The translations under genes were made by a program, and so were the position numbers. Below the pieces are notes generated by a model. The model was not told where the DNA came from, ran no database searches, and saw only the letters and a list, made by a program, of their open reading frames with translations. A DNA stretch of 64,000 nt from a bacterium. GTDB taxonomy: Bacteria; UBA8248. The stretch is taken from assembly GCA_965202625.1 (NCBI GenBank), contig CBDBBI010000010.1, positions 2,336,001-2,400,000 of the forward strand, in the 5' to 3' direction. Of the stretch, positions 10,383 through 19,547 are shown piece by piece (the first letter of the stretch is position 1; the number at the start of each line of letters is the position of its first letter).

Positions 10383-10547
10383 ATGTCCATCTTGCTTAGC
10401 CGCCTGGCCCGAGGGGCCTTCAGTATCGTCCTGCCCCTTCTTCAAGGGGAGCGGCTCATCACGGGAACCTGGCGGCAGATCGTCCTAGTCGATTTCGACA
10501 ACGGCCCCCAAGGCAGAAGGGTGGAGTCCAGGTTCTGGGCGAGACGC
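10383..10547 (+). pseudogene. C-terminal remnant of a YjbQ (UPF0047) family gene
   Basis: RLITGTWRQIVLVDFDNGPQGRRV resembles the YjbQ C-terminal LxLGTWQxIxxxEFD..R.R motif; N-terminal part absent. Confidence 0.55.
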
Positions 10548-10558
10548 CTTTGTGTGCG

Positions 10559-10978
10559 TCAATCCTCGCCCTCGGCGTATTCCTCAAAGGTGTAGAACAT
10601 CCCGTCCAGAACGCGCCCCGCCTGCTCGTCAAGCCCCGGCTTGTCGAGCGGCAGGTCGATGGCGTAGCGGAACGCGCCGTCATGGTAGTGTTCCACCTTG
10701 TGTTCTTCCTCCTCGCCGGCCTCCTCCATGCCGTCGTAGACGAAATCGTCTATCGGATCCTTGCTGTCCAGTATGGCGTGTTCGATGTCCTCGTTCATGT
10801 AGCGGTCGGCGGTGGCGAAGCTGATGCGAAGTTTGCCCGCCCCGTCGTTTTTCTCGATCTCGAACCAGGCCGTTTCGCTCATTCTCAGACGAATGGAGCG
10901 GCCGGAAGGGTCGGGCTCGGGCGTGAAGCGGTCGTCGGAAGCGTAGCGTTTTATCATGCCTGTAATAATGTCCGCCAA
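10559..10978 (-). CDS. Small, highly acidic hypothetical protein
   Basis: GGAGG RBS before TTG at 10978; about 35 Asp/Glu versus about 15 Lys/Arg by my count; host-like codon usage. Confidence 0.7.
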   Translation of the reverse strand: MADIITGMIKRYASDDRFTPEPDPSGRSIRLRMSETAWFEIEKNDGAGKLRISFATADRYMNEDIEHAILDSKDPIDDFVYDGMEEAGEEEEHKVEHYHDGAFRYAIDLPLDKPGLDEQAGRVLDGMFYTFEEYAEGED

Positions 10979-11156
10979 ACTGGAAACCTCCGTGTGCGGG
11001 CGTGTTTCGGGAATCTGAAATTTTGGCCGCAATTTTTCGCTTCTCGCATGAGGAAGGGAGATAGCGGAAGTCGGAAATGCCGGCTCCCCCCTCTTGCGGT
11101 CTTCTGGCGGGGCGGCGCCGGGGCCGCCCCGCCAGTGTATTGCGGGTAAGTCTCGC

Positions 11157-12131
11157 TTATTTCGTCATCGCCTTGATGAGTTCCGTGAAGCCGTCGAAAT
11201 TCTGCTTCCGCATCTTGTCGTATTCCGCCCCTTCCACGAACTCCACCCCCTCGCCGATGCTGCGCATGAAGCGCTTGAAGGATTTGTTCGCCGTGAGCTT
11301 CACGAAAGCGGCGCGCAGCATCTCGAGCCGCTCTGCGGGTATTTGGGACGGCGCCATGAAGATGCGGTCCATCCGGAAGCTGACGCCCTTGTAGCCGAGC
11401 TCCTCCGTCGTGGGAATGTCCTTGAAGTCCTTGTCGCTGGAGAGACGCTTGTCGCCCGTGAGGGCGAGGACGGTGATCTTCCCCGCCAGCAGATGCGGAC
11501 GCAGCTGGGTGGGGAACCCGATGCCCACGTCGTCTTGTCCGGAGAGGACGGCGCGAAGCGAGGGGCCGCCGCCCTTGTGCGGAATGAAGTTCACCTTGAT
11601 GCCTGCCGCGCGCACGAACTGCATGGAGGGCACGTGTCCCGCTCCCCAGACGCCGCTGTGGCCCCAGTTGACCTTGCCCGGATTTTTCTTCGCGTAGGCG
11701 ACGAACTCCTCCATGGACTTCCATGGCTTGCTCGCCAGAGAGAAGAACAGCGGCTGTGCGTGGTTGATTTTGGCGATGGCCGAGAAATCGTGCATCGTGT
11801 CGAACGGAACCTTGCGCGTCTGCGGCACGAGCTGATCGAAGCCGTTGTGGCTGAACAGGATGGTGTATCCATCGGGCTTGGCCTTGGCCACGAAGCCCGT
11901 GCCCTTCATGCCCGCTCCGCCCGGCACGAGCTTCACGATCATGGGCTGGGCGAGAATGTCGGCGATGATGCTGGTGATGCCGCGCGCGTGCAGGTCGTGG
12001 CTGCCCCCGGCGCCCACGGGCAAAACGAGCGTGATGGGGCGATCCGGATAGGCCGCGATGCTTGCGGAGGGCATCGCCAGTGCGACGATGAGCGCAAGGG
12101 CGGCCAGGACGCCAAAAGAACGTTTTTTCAT
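11157..12131 (-). CDS. tctC: Tripartite tricarboxylate transporter substrate-binding protein (TctC/Bug)
   Basis: Signal peptide MKKRSFGVLAAL; YPDRPITLVLPVGAGGSHD, KPDGYT, IPHKGGG. The 1003-aa ORF in the track is an upstream over-extension. Confidence 0.9.
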   Translation of the reverse strand: MKKRSFGVLAALALIVALAMPSASIAAYPDRPITLVLPVGAGGSHDLHARGITSIIADILAQPMIVKLVPGGAGMKGTGFVAKAKPDGYTILFSHNGFDQLVPQTRKVPFDTMHDFSAIAKINHAQPLFFSLASKPWKSMEEFVAYAKKNPGKVNWGHSGVWGAGHVPSMQFVRAAGIKVNFIPHKGGGPSLRAVLSGQDDVGIGFPTQLRPHLLAGKITVLALTGDKRLSSDKDFKDIPTTEELGYKGVSFRMDRIFMAPSQIPAERLEMLRAAFVKLTANKSFKRFMRSIGEGVEFVEGAEYDKMRKQNFDGFTELIKAMTK

Positions 12132-12154
12132 GGTGGTTCTCCTTGAATATGCCC

Positions 12155-13660
12155 TCAGGAGGGGACGGGCCCCTTGGCCCGCCGCCACATCGGACGAAGA
12201 ATGAGATACAAGACCCAAATCAGCGCGGCCACCAGAAAGGCGGACGCGATCGGCCTTTGAACGAAGAAATACGCGAAAGGAGCGCCTTTCGCATACAGCA
12301 TCGACTGACTCAAACGATACTCTATCGGCTCGGCCAGAACAAAAGCGATGATGAGAGGCGCGAGGTCGAACCCGAACTTCCTTAAAACATAGGCGCATAC
12401 GCCGATGATGACCATCAGGATCACGTCCGTGTTCGAGCCCGTGGAGAGCGTGCCCACGAAGGCCAGCGCCACGATGACGGGAATGAGATACGCCTTTTTC
12501 AGCTGAATGGCCCTCGTGAAGGGCTTGAGCAGAACGTATCCCAGAAAGAAGAACAGCACGTTGGCCAGCACCATGGTGAGGATCAGCGCATACATCAGCG
12601 CGCCCTGCTCCTGGAAAATCTGCGGGCCCGGCCGCATTCCGTGCGCGACGAACGCCCCCAGCAGAATGGCCGTCACGTTGTCTCCCGGAATTCCCAGAGT
12701 CAGCAGGGGAACCAGGGTGGGCCCGTTGACGGCGTTGTTCGCCGCCTCCGGTGCCGCGATGCCGTCGAGTGCGCCCTTGCCGAACTCCTCCGGATTTTTC
12801 GCCGCGTGCTTCGCCGCGCTGTAGCCGATGAAGGCGGCCACCACCTGCCCCACGCCCGGCACCATGCCGATTCCCGTCCCGATGGCCGTGGAGCGCAGGA
12901 TGCTGCGAATCGACGCCTTGAACTCGCCCCAGCGCAGGCGCTCTCCCGTTTTGGCGAGGTTCACGTGCTCGCTGATGAAGCGCGCGGTTCGCGATTCCAC
13001 CGCCTCGAGAACCTCCGGCATGGCGAATATGCCGATGGCCAGGGGAATGAGGGGGATGCCCGCGCTGAGCGCCTCGAGGCCGAACGTCATTCGGGTGGCG
13101 CCGGTGGTGGCGTCCGTGCCGATGAACCCCAGTCCCATGCCGATGCAGGCGGCGATGGCTCCCTTGAGGCCCGAGTCGCTCGAGACGCTGGCGATGAGCA
13201 CCAGCGAGAAGAGGATGACGGCGAACACCTCCGGCGGGCCAATCAACAGCGTGACGATGGCGATGGGGCCGATCAGCGCGAGGGTGAAGACGTCCGAGAG
13301 CGTATCGGCGATGGTGGAGGAGAACAGCGCCATCTCCAGGGCTTTTCGCCCCTCGCCCTTGCGGGTGAGCGCGGGTCCGTCGAAAGTCGTGGCGATGGAG
13401 GCGCCCGTTCCGGGGATGCCGACCAGAATCGCCGGAATGCTGCCCCCGTAAATCCCCCCCTTGTAGATGCCGATCAAGAAGGGGATGCCGAGCAGGGGTT
13501 CGAGCTTGAAGGAGATGGGAAGAAGAACCGACATGGCCAGAATGGTGGTGAGGCCGGGCATGGCGCCCACGAACATGCCGATGGCCAGCCCCGCGCTGAT
13601 ATACAGATAGGTGTCTATCCGCATCAGGAGGGTGAAGGCCTGCATGAAGGAGTCCAGCAA
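12155..13660 (-). CDS. tctA: Tripartite tricarboxylate transporter large permease TctA
   Basis: GAMPGL, YGGSIPAILVGIPGT, APEAANNA, LLTLGIPG, G.RPGP. Confidence 0.95.
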   Translation of the reverse strand: MLDSFMQAFTLLMRIDTYLYISAGLAIGMFVGAMPGLTTILAMSVLLPISFKLEPLLGIPFLIGIYKGGIYGGSIPAILVGIPGTGASIATTFDGPALTRKGEGRKALEMALFSSTIADTLSDVFTLALIGPIAIVTLLIGPPEVFAVILFSLVLIASVSSDSGLKGAIAACIGMGLGFIGTDATTGATRMTFGLEALSAGIPLIPLAIGIFAMPEVLEAVESRTARFISEHVNLAKTGERLRWGEFKASIRSILRSTAIGTGIGMVPGVGQVVAAFIGYSAAKHAAKNPEEFGKGALDGIAAPEAANNAVNGPTLVPLLTLGIPGDNVTAILLGAFVAHGMRPGPQIFQEQGALMYALILTMVLANVLFFFLGYVLLKPFTRAIQLKKAYLIPVIVALAFVGTLSTGSNTDVILMVIIGVCAYVLRKFGFDLAPLIIAFVLAEPIEYRLSQSMLYAKGAPFAYFFVQRPIASAFLVAALIWVLYLILRPMWRRAKGPVPS

Positions 13661-13672
13661 AACCCGTCTCCC

Positions 13673-14260
13673 TTACGTCCCCAGAAAGACGCTGGACAAA
13701 AACCGCATGATCGCGTCCTCCACGATGGCGATGGATTCGAATTCGCTCCTCGGCAGCGAGATGAGCAGCAGCCTTTCGAAGACGAAGCGAATCACGATGG
13801 GCATGAGGATGGCGACGGGTGCGATAATGTGCGCCTGGCGAACCCCCAGATAGAGGATCGCCGCACCCGCCATCAGCAGGGTGGAGAGGCCGTAGCCGAA
13901 GCGCGAGACGAACACGGCGTAGGCGGCGATGATGATGGCCATTCTCGCCCCTCGGAGGAATCGCGCCTTCTCGGCGGGGTCGGCGGGGTCGGCGGCGCGC
14001 TGGCGCGCTGGCGCCCTGTGCCAGGCGTTCAGCAGGTAGCACAGGCACAGCCCGGTGAGCACGGCGAACGCGAGCCTGGGGAAGAAAATGGGCGAGAGGG
14101 TGATGAAATCCTGGGCGGAGGAGATGCCGCCGGAGGCGATCAGATACGGCATGAAGGCGAAGAGGCACGCTGCGATGAGCGACAGCGCGGCGGCGAAGTA
14201 AATTTCCAGGCGCATCAGCATGGGGCTCGCCGCGTGCGCCGATTCCTCGTCCGAAGGCAT
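13673..14260 (-). CDS. tctB: Tripartite tricarboxylate transporter small permease TctB
   Basis: About four TM helices; P.FFP and F...L.I.LP motifs; upstream of tctA. Confidence 0.8.
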   Translation of the reverse strand: MPSDEESAHAASPMLMRLEIYFAAALSLIAACLFAFMPYLIASGGISSAQDFITLSPIFFPRLAFAVLTGLCLCYLLNAWHRAPARQRAADPADPAEKARFLRGARMAIIIAAYAVFVSRFGYGLSTLLMAGAAILYLGVRQAHIIAPVAILMPIVIRFVFERLLLISLPRSEFESIAIVEDAIMRFLSSVFLGT

Positions 14261-14457
14261 GGGCTTATCCTGCCGGGTGCGGTCTTTCGTCGTCGCCAAC
14301 CCCAAAACTCTCCCCATCGTCTGACGAAGTGGCGGGATTCGAGAGATGCGCGTATTATTCATCAATCGGTTGGCGAGGGCAAACATGCATTCCATTTCGT
14401 CAAGCGCGCGTTTCTGCGAGGGCAGGCGGGCGGGGGCGAAGGAGGGGAGGGCGACTT

Positions 14458-14841
14458 GTGAAGATCATCAATTCCATGAGCGTGGGCAAGGACGACGCCT
14501 ATGAGCCTCCCTACTCCATCATGTGGGGGGTGAACGATGAGACGACGGACACCAGGGTGATGACCATGCAGCGCACCATCATTCCTCCGGGCGGAAAGAA
14601 CAGAATGCACACCCACGCGTGCGACGCGGTGTTTTACGTGAACAAGGGGCCGATTTACGTCTTTTGCGGCGATCCGGAAAATCCGGAAAAACATCTCGTC
14701 GAAGCCGGCCATTTCTGCTACGCACCCGCCGGCGAGCCGCACGGCCAGGAAAACCCGAGCCAGACCGAACCCGCTGAACTCATCGCCACTTACGGAAACT
14801 GCTCCCACCAGGACAAGGCGGGCACCGCCTTCGTGGAGTAG
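14458..14841 (+). CDS. Cupin domain protein
   Basis: IPPGG...HTH...FYVNKG and PAGEPHGQEN cupin motifs; GGAGG RBS before GTG. Confidence 0.85.
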   Translation: MKIINSMSVGKDDAYEPPYSIMWGVNDETTDTRVMTMQRTIIPPGGKNRMHTHACDAVFYVNKGPIYVFCGDPENPEKHLVEAGHFCYAPAGEPHGQENPSQTEPAELIATYGNCSHQDKAGTAFVE

Positions 14842-14870
14842 CGTCCCGTCAGCGAAACCATGGAGCCATC

Positions 14871-15626
14871 ATGATGGACCGAGGGATATGGGCGGCTTGG
14901 TATGATCTGCCGGAAGATAGAAAAGAAGACTATTGCGCGTGGCTGCATGGGGACTATCTGCCCGCCGCGTTGAGGCGCGCGGGTTTTCTGTGGGCGGCAC
15001 ATTATGAAATCACGGGAGGCGGTGCGCAGATGGAGCGGGTCCAAGCCGACGCGCTCACCTACGCCGAGGGCGGGACTGTCCCCTCCGGAACGCAGTTCGC
15101 GCTTCTTTTCGGAGCGGCGTCTCCCCACGTGTTCTTTGATCCGCTGATGGAGGAGGTCGAGGGGGAGGAGGGCGAGGAGGCGCGCGCCATGCTGCGTCTG
15201 CGCGCGGGGTTGCGCACCTGCGTGTTCAGCGAGGAGGTGCGCGTCGATGGCCCCGAGGTGGGGGCGAGAGCACCCGGAATCACGCCGGGGCCCGCGATGC
15301 AAATGGGGCAGTTTCTGGCGGAAGACGCGGCGGCGGAGTGCGACCTGGGGGCGTGGTACGCCCGGTATCGCCTGAAATTCATGGAGGGGATGCCGGGCTG
15401 CATCGGTGCGCGGAAGCTCCTCTCCGCGGCCGGTTGGGCCAAGCATTCGATCCTGTATGAGTTCACCTCGCTCGAGGCGAGACACGAGGGCTTCCAGAAG
15501 CATGAGAGCCTCTCGCTGGACGCAAGCGGGTGGTCGGGCCGCGTGGTGCGCAAACTCGTCCACGCTCCCGGCAGTCCGAGCGTGGGCCGCCGGCTGTGGC
15601 CTCCCGTGAGCGGTGAGGCGACCTAG
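14871..15626 (+). CDS. Hypothetical protein with two EthD/DABB-like (dimeric alpha-beta barrel) halves
   Basis: Two similar segments: DYCAWLHGDYLP..LRRAGFLWA and DLGAWYARYRL..MEGMPGCIGAR...LYEF. Confidence 0.6.
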   Translation: MMDRGIWAAWYDLPEDRKEDYCAWLHGDYLPAALRRAGFLWAAHYEITGGGAQMERVQADALTYAEGGTVPSGTQFALLFGAASPHVFFDPLMEEVEGEEGEEARAMLRLRAGLRTCVFSEEVRVDGPEVGARAPGITPGPAMQMGQFLAEDAAAECDLGAWYARYRLKFMEGMPGCIGARKLLSAAGWAKHSILYEFTSLEARHEGFQKHESLSLDASGWSGRVVRKLVHAPGSPSVGRRLWPPVSGEAT

Positions 15627-15910
15627 AAGGCGCGTCCCCAGGCCGAAGCGGCCGTTCGACGCCCGCCCCAGAATGCCTCATCCGCCTGGCGAGGAGCCAG
15701 GACTGGGCCCGTTCGTCCCGCTATCAGACGCCCATGAATCGGGCTTTGATCGCATCGTTTGCGGCGACCTTCCGGAGAATGGAGAGACCTGCGGTGCGGC
15801 CTTGATTCAGGGCGTGAGCGCAATCCCATGAGGTGTGCGCGAACTTCATGCTCCGCCGAGCAGTGCGGTTGCTTTCTGACGGATCACACCTAAAGAAGGA
15901 GGAAAACGGC

Positions 15911-16558
15911 ATGGCGCAACTACCGATTCTGAGCGATGAGGAGGCGGGACCCGAGGCCGGAGTGGTGTTCGACGCGAGCCGACGGATGTTTGGCCGCGTG
16001 GCCAACGCGATACGGATGAGTGCGGCCAGCCCCAGAATGCTGCAGCCGCTTTTTGGTTTCTTGATCTCGCTGTGCCGGGCCGAGATCACCGACGTGCTCG
16101 ACGCCAAGACGAAGGCGCTTTTGATTCTCAAGACGTCCATGGAGAACGGGTGCAAGTACTGAACGGCTCACAACGTCACGTTCGGTCGGGCGTGCGGGCT
16201 GTCGGATGCGCAAATCGACGCCGTGAGAGACGATGCGTATCAAGAATCGGATTTGTTCACAGACGCCGAGAAGGCGGTGATCGCCTGGGCACATCACCTC
16301 ACGAAATACACCTTCGCCCAGAACCCGCAGGTTCTGGAGAACATGAAGAAGCACTACGATGACGCCCAGGTTGTCGAGGCGACGCTCGTTTCCGGCTATT
16401 TCAACATGTGGAACCGCTTCACCGACGCGCTGGAGAGCGACGTGGAGGGCACGGATCAGATGCGTCTTTTCACGCAATCCGTCGTGATCGACAAAAAAGA
16501 CTTTGCGGATTTCATGAACGACTGTTGGTGGGCAAAGGAGGGTGTGCCCGAGAAGTAG
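15911..16558 (+). CDS. AhpD/carboxymuconolactone decarboxylase-family peroxidase-like selenoprotein (CxxU; UGA at 16160-16162)
   Basis: ORFs 15833-16162 and 16223-16558 are in one frame separated by a single TGA; read-through gives NGCKY-U-TAHN, the AhpD NxCxYCxxxH motif; SECIS-like hairpin follows; AAGGAGG RBS before ATG 15911. Confidence 0.88.
16160..16202 (+). promoter_or_regulatory. Bacterial SECIS element (predicted)
   Basis: UGA-ACGGCUC-acaacgu-CACGUUC-GGUC-GGGCGUG-c-GGGCUGU: two stems and a G-containing apical tetraloop about 22 nt after the UGA. Confidence 0.75.
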
Positions 16559-16624
16559 GGACGCGCGCGCATCTGAACGGGACGCTTTTCGTCTCTCTCG
16601 CCGCTTCGCCGGCCTGGCGCATCT

Positions 16625-17230
16625 TCAGTTTTTTTCTTGTTTTCCGACGCCCAGCAGCGTCGCCGCCAGCTCCCTGCGCGTCCAGAGCAGCATACCCGCC
16701 AGAGCGATGGCGAGACCCATCAGGGGGAGGTTTCCCTTGCCCACGAAAATGGCGACGGCCGGCATCAGCGAGACGGCGATGAGCTCCGCGTGGTCGCGCC
16801 TGCCGGTGAGGGAGGAGACGAGCAGCGCGATGGTCGCGCTGATCAGCAGGGTGAACGGAGAGACGCCAAGGAGGGCACCCGTCGCGCTCGCCGTCCCGCG
16901 CCCGCCTCGAAACCCGTGGAACAAGGGCCATATCTCGCCAGCCACCACGGCGACGCAGGCGAGGGCGGCGAACCAGAGAGAGCCGCCTGCATACCAGGCG
17001 AGGCCCACGGCCAGTTGCGCCTTCAGGAAATCGGCGAGGAAGATGAGCCCCCCCACCCGTTTGCCGAGGACGGCGCCGGCGCCTGCAAAATCGAGTTTCC
17101 CGTCTTCTTGCGCGCGCAAATCCAGCCCCCGCGCCCTGGCGGCATAGCGCGCCGGAGAGACGGCGCCCAGGCCGTAGGCGAGCACCGCCGTGATGACGAG
17201 AGGGAACAAGGTGCGCAAAAGAATCTCCAA
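16625..17230 (-). CDS. Glycerol-3-phosphate acyltransferase PlsY-like membrane protein (divergent)
   Basis: AYGLGAV, GLDLR, ADFLKA, WPLFHGFRGGRGTA fit PlsY architecture, but motifs 1 and 3 are degenerate; start approximate. Confidence 0.7.
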   Translation of the reverse strand: MEILLRTLFPLVITAVLAYGLGAVSPARYAARARGLDLRAQEDGKLDFAGAGAVLGKRVGGLIFLADFLKAQLAVGLAWYAGGSLWFAALACVAVVAGEIWPLFHGFRGGRGTASATGALLGVSPFTLLISATIALLVSSLTGRRDHAELIAVSLMPAVAIFVGKGNLPLMGLAIALAGMLLWTRRELAATLLGVGKQEKN

Positions 17231-17306
17231 ATGCGGTTTTCCCTTCCATGTTGCGGAATGCGCGCATCGGTGCAAAGCGCGCGCAGACGGGGGAGCGGAG
17301 CGGCGT

Positions 17307-18074
17307 TTATCTTTTGTTCAAAATCGCGCTGTTCCGACGCTGGAGGAAAATACTGCGAAAGAGGATATAGGAATCCAGAGTGAGGGGGTCTTTTTTGAGC
17401 TGCGCAATGGGTTCGATCAAACGCTCTCGGGTGTCGATGCCCTCTGCGGTCTTAAGCCAGAATAAAAATTTTTCCGTATCGCCTCCGGCGGTGCCCACGT
17501 AATAATAGAGAGGGTTCATAAAGGCGTCGCCCACCTTGCCCAGCCCGTCCCGGATGGTCGAGGGACCCAGAATGGGCAACACGAGGTATATCCCCTTGTC
17601 CACCCCCCAGACGCCCAGAGTCTGGCCGAAATCCTCATCGTGATGGGGGAGTCCCATGTCTTTCGCCGCGTCGAACAGCCCCGCCACTCCCAGGGTGGTG
17701 TTGATCAAAAACCGGTGCAAGGTGATCTCCGCCCGCTTGCCCTCTCCCTGCAGGACGTCGTTCACCAGGACGAAGGGGGCGTTCAGGTTGCGGGTAAAAT
17801 TGCGGAAAGAATCACGAACCGGTTGGGGGAATACGAATCGATAAGCGTGTGCGAGCGGCAGGAATACGAAGTCGTCCAGGACTTCGTTGAAGTCGAAGAT
17901 CACGCGGTTCAGCGGCTCCAGCGGATCTATCGACTGAAGCGTTTCCTCCTCCTGACCAAGGTCGTCGTCCGACGCCCAGGCGGAGGAAGCGGGGATGAGT
18001 GCGAGCGTCAGGACGAGAGCGAGCAGTCCGCGCTTCCATCTGTCTGGGCGTTTGTTTCTGCTTGCGTGCGGCAA
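17307..18074 (-). CDS. mlaA: MlaA/VacJ family phospholipid asymmetry protein
   Basis: DPLEPLNR..FDFN, RFLINTTLG.AGLFD.A, EDFGQTLGVWG, YLVLPILGPSTIRD. Confidence 0.92.
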   Translation of the reverse strand: MPHASRNKRPDRWKRGLLALVLTLALIPASSAWASDDDLGQEEETLQSIDPLEPLNRVIFDFNEVLDDFVFLPLAHAYRFVFPQPVRDSFRNFTRNLNAPFVLVNDVLQGEGKRAEITLHRFLINTTLGVAGLFDAAKDMGLPHHDEDFGQTLGVWGVDKGIYLVLPILGPSTIRDGLGKVGDAFMNPLYYYVGTAGGDTEKFLFWLKTAEGIDTRERLIEPIAQLKKDPLTLDSYILFRSIFLQRRNSAILNKR

Positions 18075-18143
18075 TGAAGTGCTCTCCGTTTTCGTTTTGG
18101 CGTCCGGTGCCCCGCCCTCCGGCGGGCTTCATTCTCTGCCGTT

Positions 18144-19163
18144 TTACGTCAAGGCGCCTCCGCAGGAGGAGCCCGCACCCGCCGTGCAGCCGAAACAATG
18201 CTCGTCCAGCAGAATTTCCCGGCCCAGAAGCTCCGCCGGCGCGACGTCCCAGAGTTTCAAGGGTCTCCCGTTGCCCAGGGACATGCCGAGCATCTGGTTG
18301 AAATCACAATCATACAGGGCGCCGTCCCATCCCACGCTGATGAGGTTTCGGCACATCAGGTCGGGGAGCGTCTCCGGGTTGTAGGCTTCCCGCAACCGCG
18401 CCGTGTAGCTCTCCCACTTGCCGCTCGCTTTCAGAAAGCTGGCGAACCGGGTGATGGGCATGTTGGTGATGGTGTAGAGGCGGTGAAAGCGGATGCCGTA
18501 GAGTTTGCGAAGCTCTCGCTTGTAGTCCGCCTCCAGCACCCCCTGGGGAGGGGGAAGGTAGTCGCCCACCGGATTATACACGAGGTTGAGCACGAGTGCT
18601 CCAGGGGGGCCGAACCCCGCCTCGTTCAGCTTCTGAAGGGCGTGGATGGATTTTTCAAAGACCCCGTCTCCGCGCTGGGCGTCCACGTTTTCCTCAAGAT
18701 AGCAAGGAAGCGAGCAGGTGAGCTCCACCTCGTTCTTCCGGTAGAAATCAATCAGGTCCTCCTCTCCGGGCTCGAACACCACCGTGAGGTTGGAGCGCAC
18801 TATGACGCGCCGGCCCTGGCGGCGAACATGTGCGACGATGCGCCTGAAATTCGGGTTGAGCTCAGGTGCGCCTCCCGTGATGTCGACCGTGGAGATTTGC
18901 GTGTTCCCGAGCCATTCAACGATGCGGCTCGCCGTCTCCTCCGTCATGATCTCCTTGCGGTGGGGCCCCGCCCCCACGTGGCAGTGCGCACAGGTCTGGT
19001 TGCAATACTTGCCCACGTTCAGCTGGAGCGTGGAGAGCTCCACCCGATCCAGCCGTGAAACGTCCCTCTGGACGCGCTCGCCGAATTTCTCCGCCCCGTT
19101 CACGTAAAGGGGCAGGGACGCCGAGGCGGGCTTCGCTCTCTCTGATGGAATCGGTCCGGTCAC
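18144..19163 (-). CDS. Radical SAM protein, ArsS/DUF3641 family (Cys-rich C-terminus)
   Basis: LQLNVGKYCNQTCAHCHV, DITGGAPE, SLPCY, LMCR, YDCDFNQM, HCFGCTAGAGSSCGG. Confidence 0.88.
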   Translation of the reverse strand: MTGPIPSERAKPASASLPLYVNGAEKFGERVQRDVSRLDRVELSTLQLNVGKYCNQTCAHCHVGAGPHRKEIMTEETASRIVEWLGNTQISTVDITGGAPELNPNFRRIVAHVRRQGRRVIVRSNLTVVFEPGEEDLIDFYRKNEVELTCSLPCYLEENVDAQRGDGVFEKSIHALQKLNEAGFGPPGALVLNLVYNPVGDYLPPPQGVLEADYKRELRKLYGIRFHRLYTITNMPITRFASFLKASGKWESYTARLREAYNPETLPDLMCRNLISVGWDGALYDCDFNQMLGMSLGNGRPLKLWDVAPAELLGREILLDEHCFGCTAGAGSSCGGALT

Positions 19164-19175
19164 TTTCTCGCCACT

Positions 19176-19547
19176 TCAAGCGGTTCGCGTCAGTTTTCTG
19201 CGAAGCGATTTCATGCGCCTTCTCACGCGCTTGAGCTGGACGCCGTCTTTCGCCGCGACGTGTTGATCCCGCGCGCCCTTGAGAGATTTGAGCTGCTGCT
19301 TGACGGCGCTTCTGTCGATTCTGGAGGCGCGCTTCGTCTCAAGAATCGGAATGTTGTTGATCTCCTTGAGCGCTCGTATCAACTGGCCTTTGTCCATCCC
19401 GTGAACGCCCGAGATTTTTCCGCCGTAGCCCAGGGCGGCTTCCTTGAGTTTGGGCACGTTCATCTTCATCCTGTCGATCTCTTTGGCCGTCAAGACGGGT
19501 CCCGCATCCGCCGGGGCCTGTGCTCCTGTTTTTTTCCCTTCCGCCAT
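19176..19547 (-). CDS. Small basic protein with Rho N-terminal-like helical domain
   Basis: KMNVPKLKEAA...ISGVHGMDKGQLI resembles the Rho_N pattern; Lys/Arg-rich C-terminus; GGAGG RBS. Confidence 0.6.
   Translation of the reverse strand: MAEGKKTGAQAPADAGPVLTAKEIDRMKMNVPKLKEAALGYGGKISGVHGMDKGQLIRALKEINNIPILETKRASRIDRSAVKQQLKSLKGARDQHVAAKDGVQLKRVRRRMKSLRRKLTRTA

Noticed and set aside
11157-14168. 1003-aa ORF suggesting a giant TctC fusion
   Set aside because: The upstream part is an off-frame overlap of tctA and tctB; the real TctC starts at 12131 with an RBS and signal peptide.
18144-18200. Possible selenocysteine in the ArsS-family C-terminal motif
   Set aside because: The GSSCGG codon is TGC and the gene ends in TAA; this is the Cys form.
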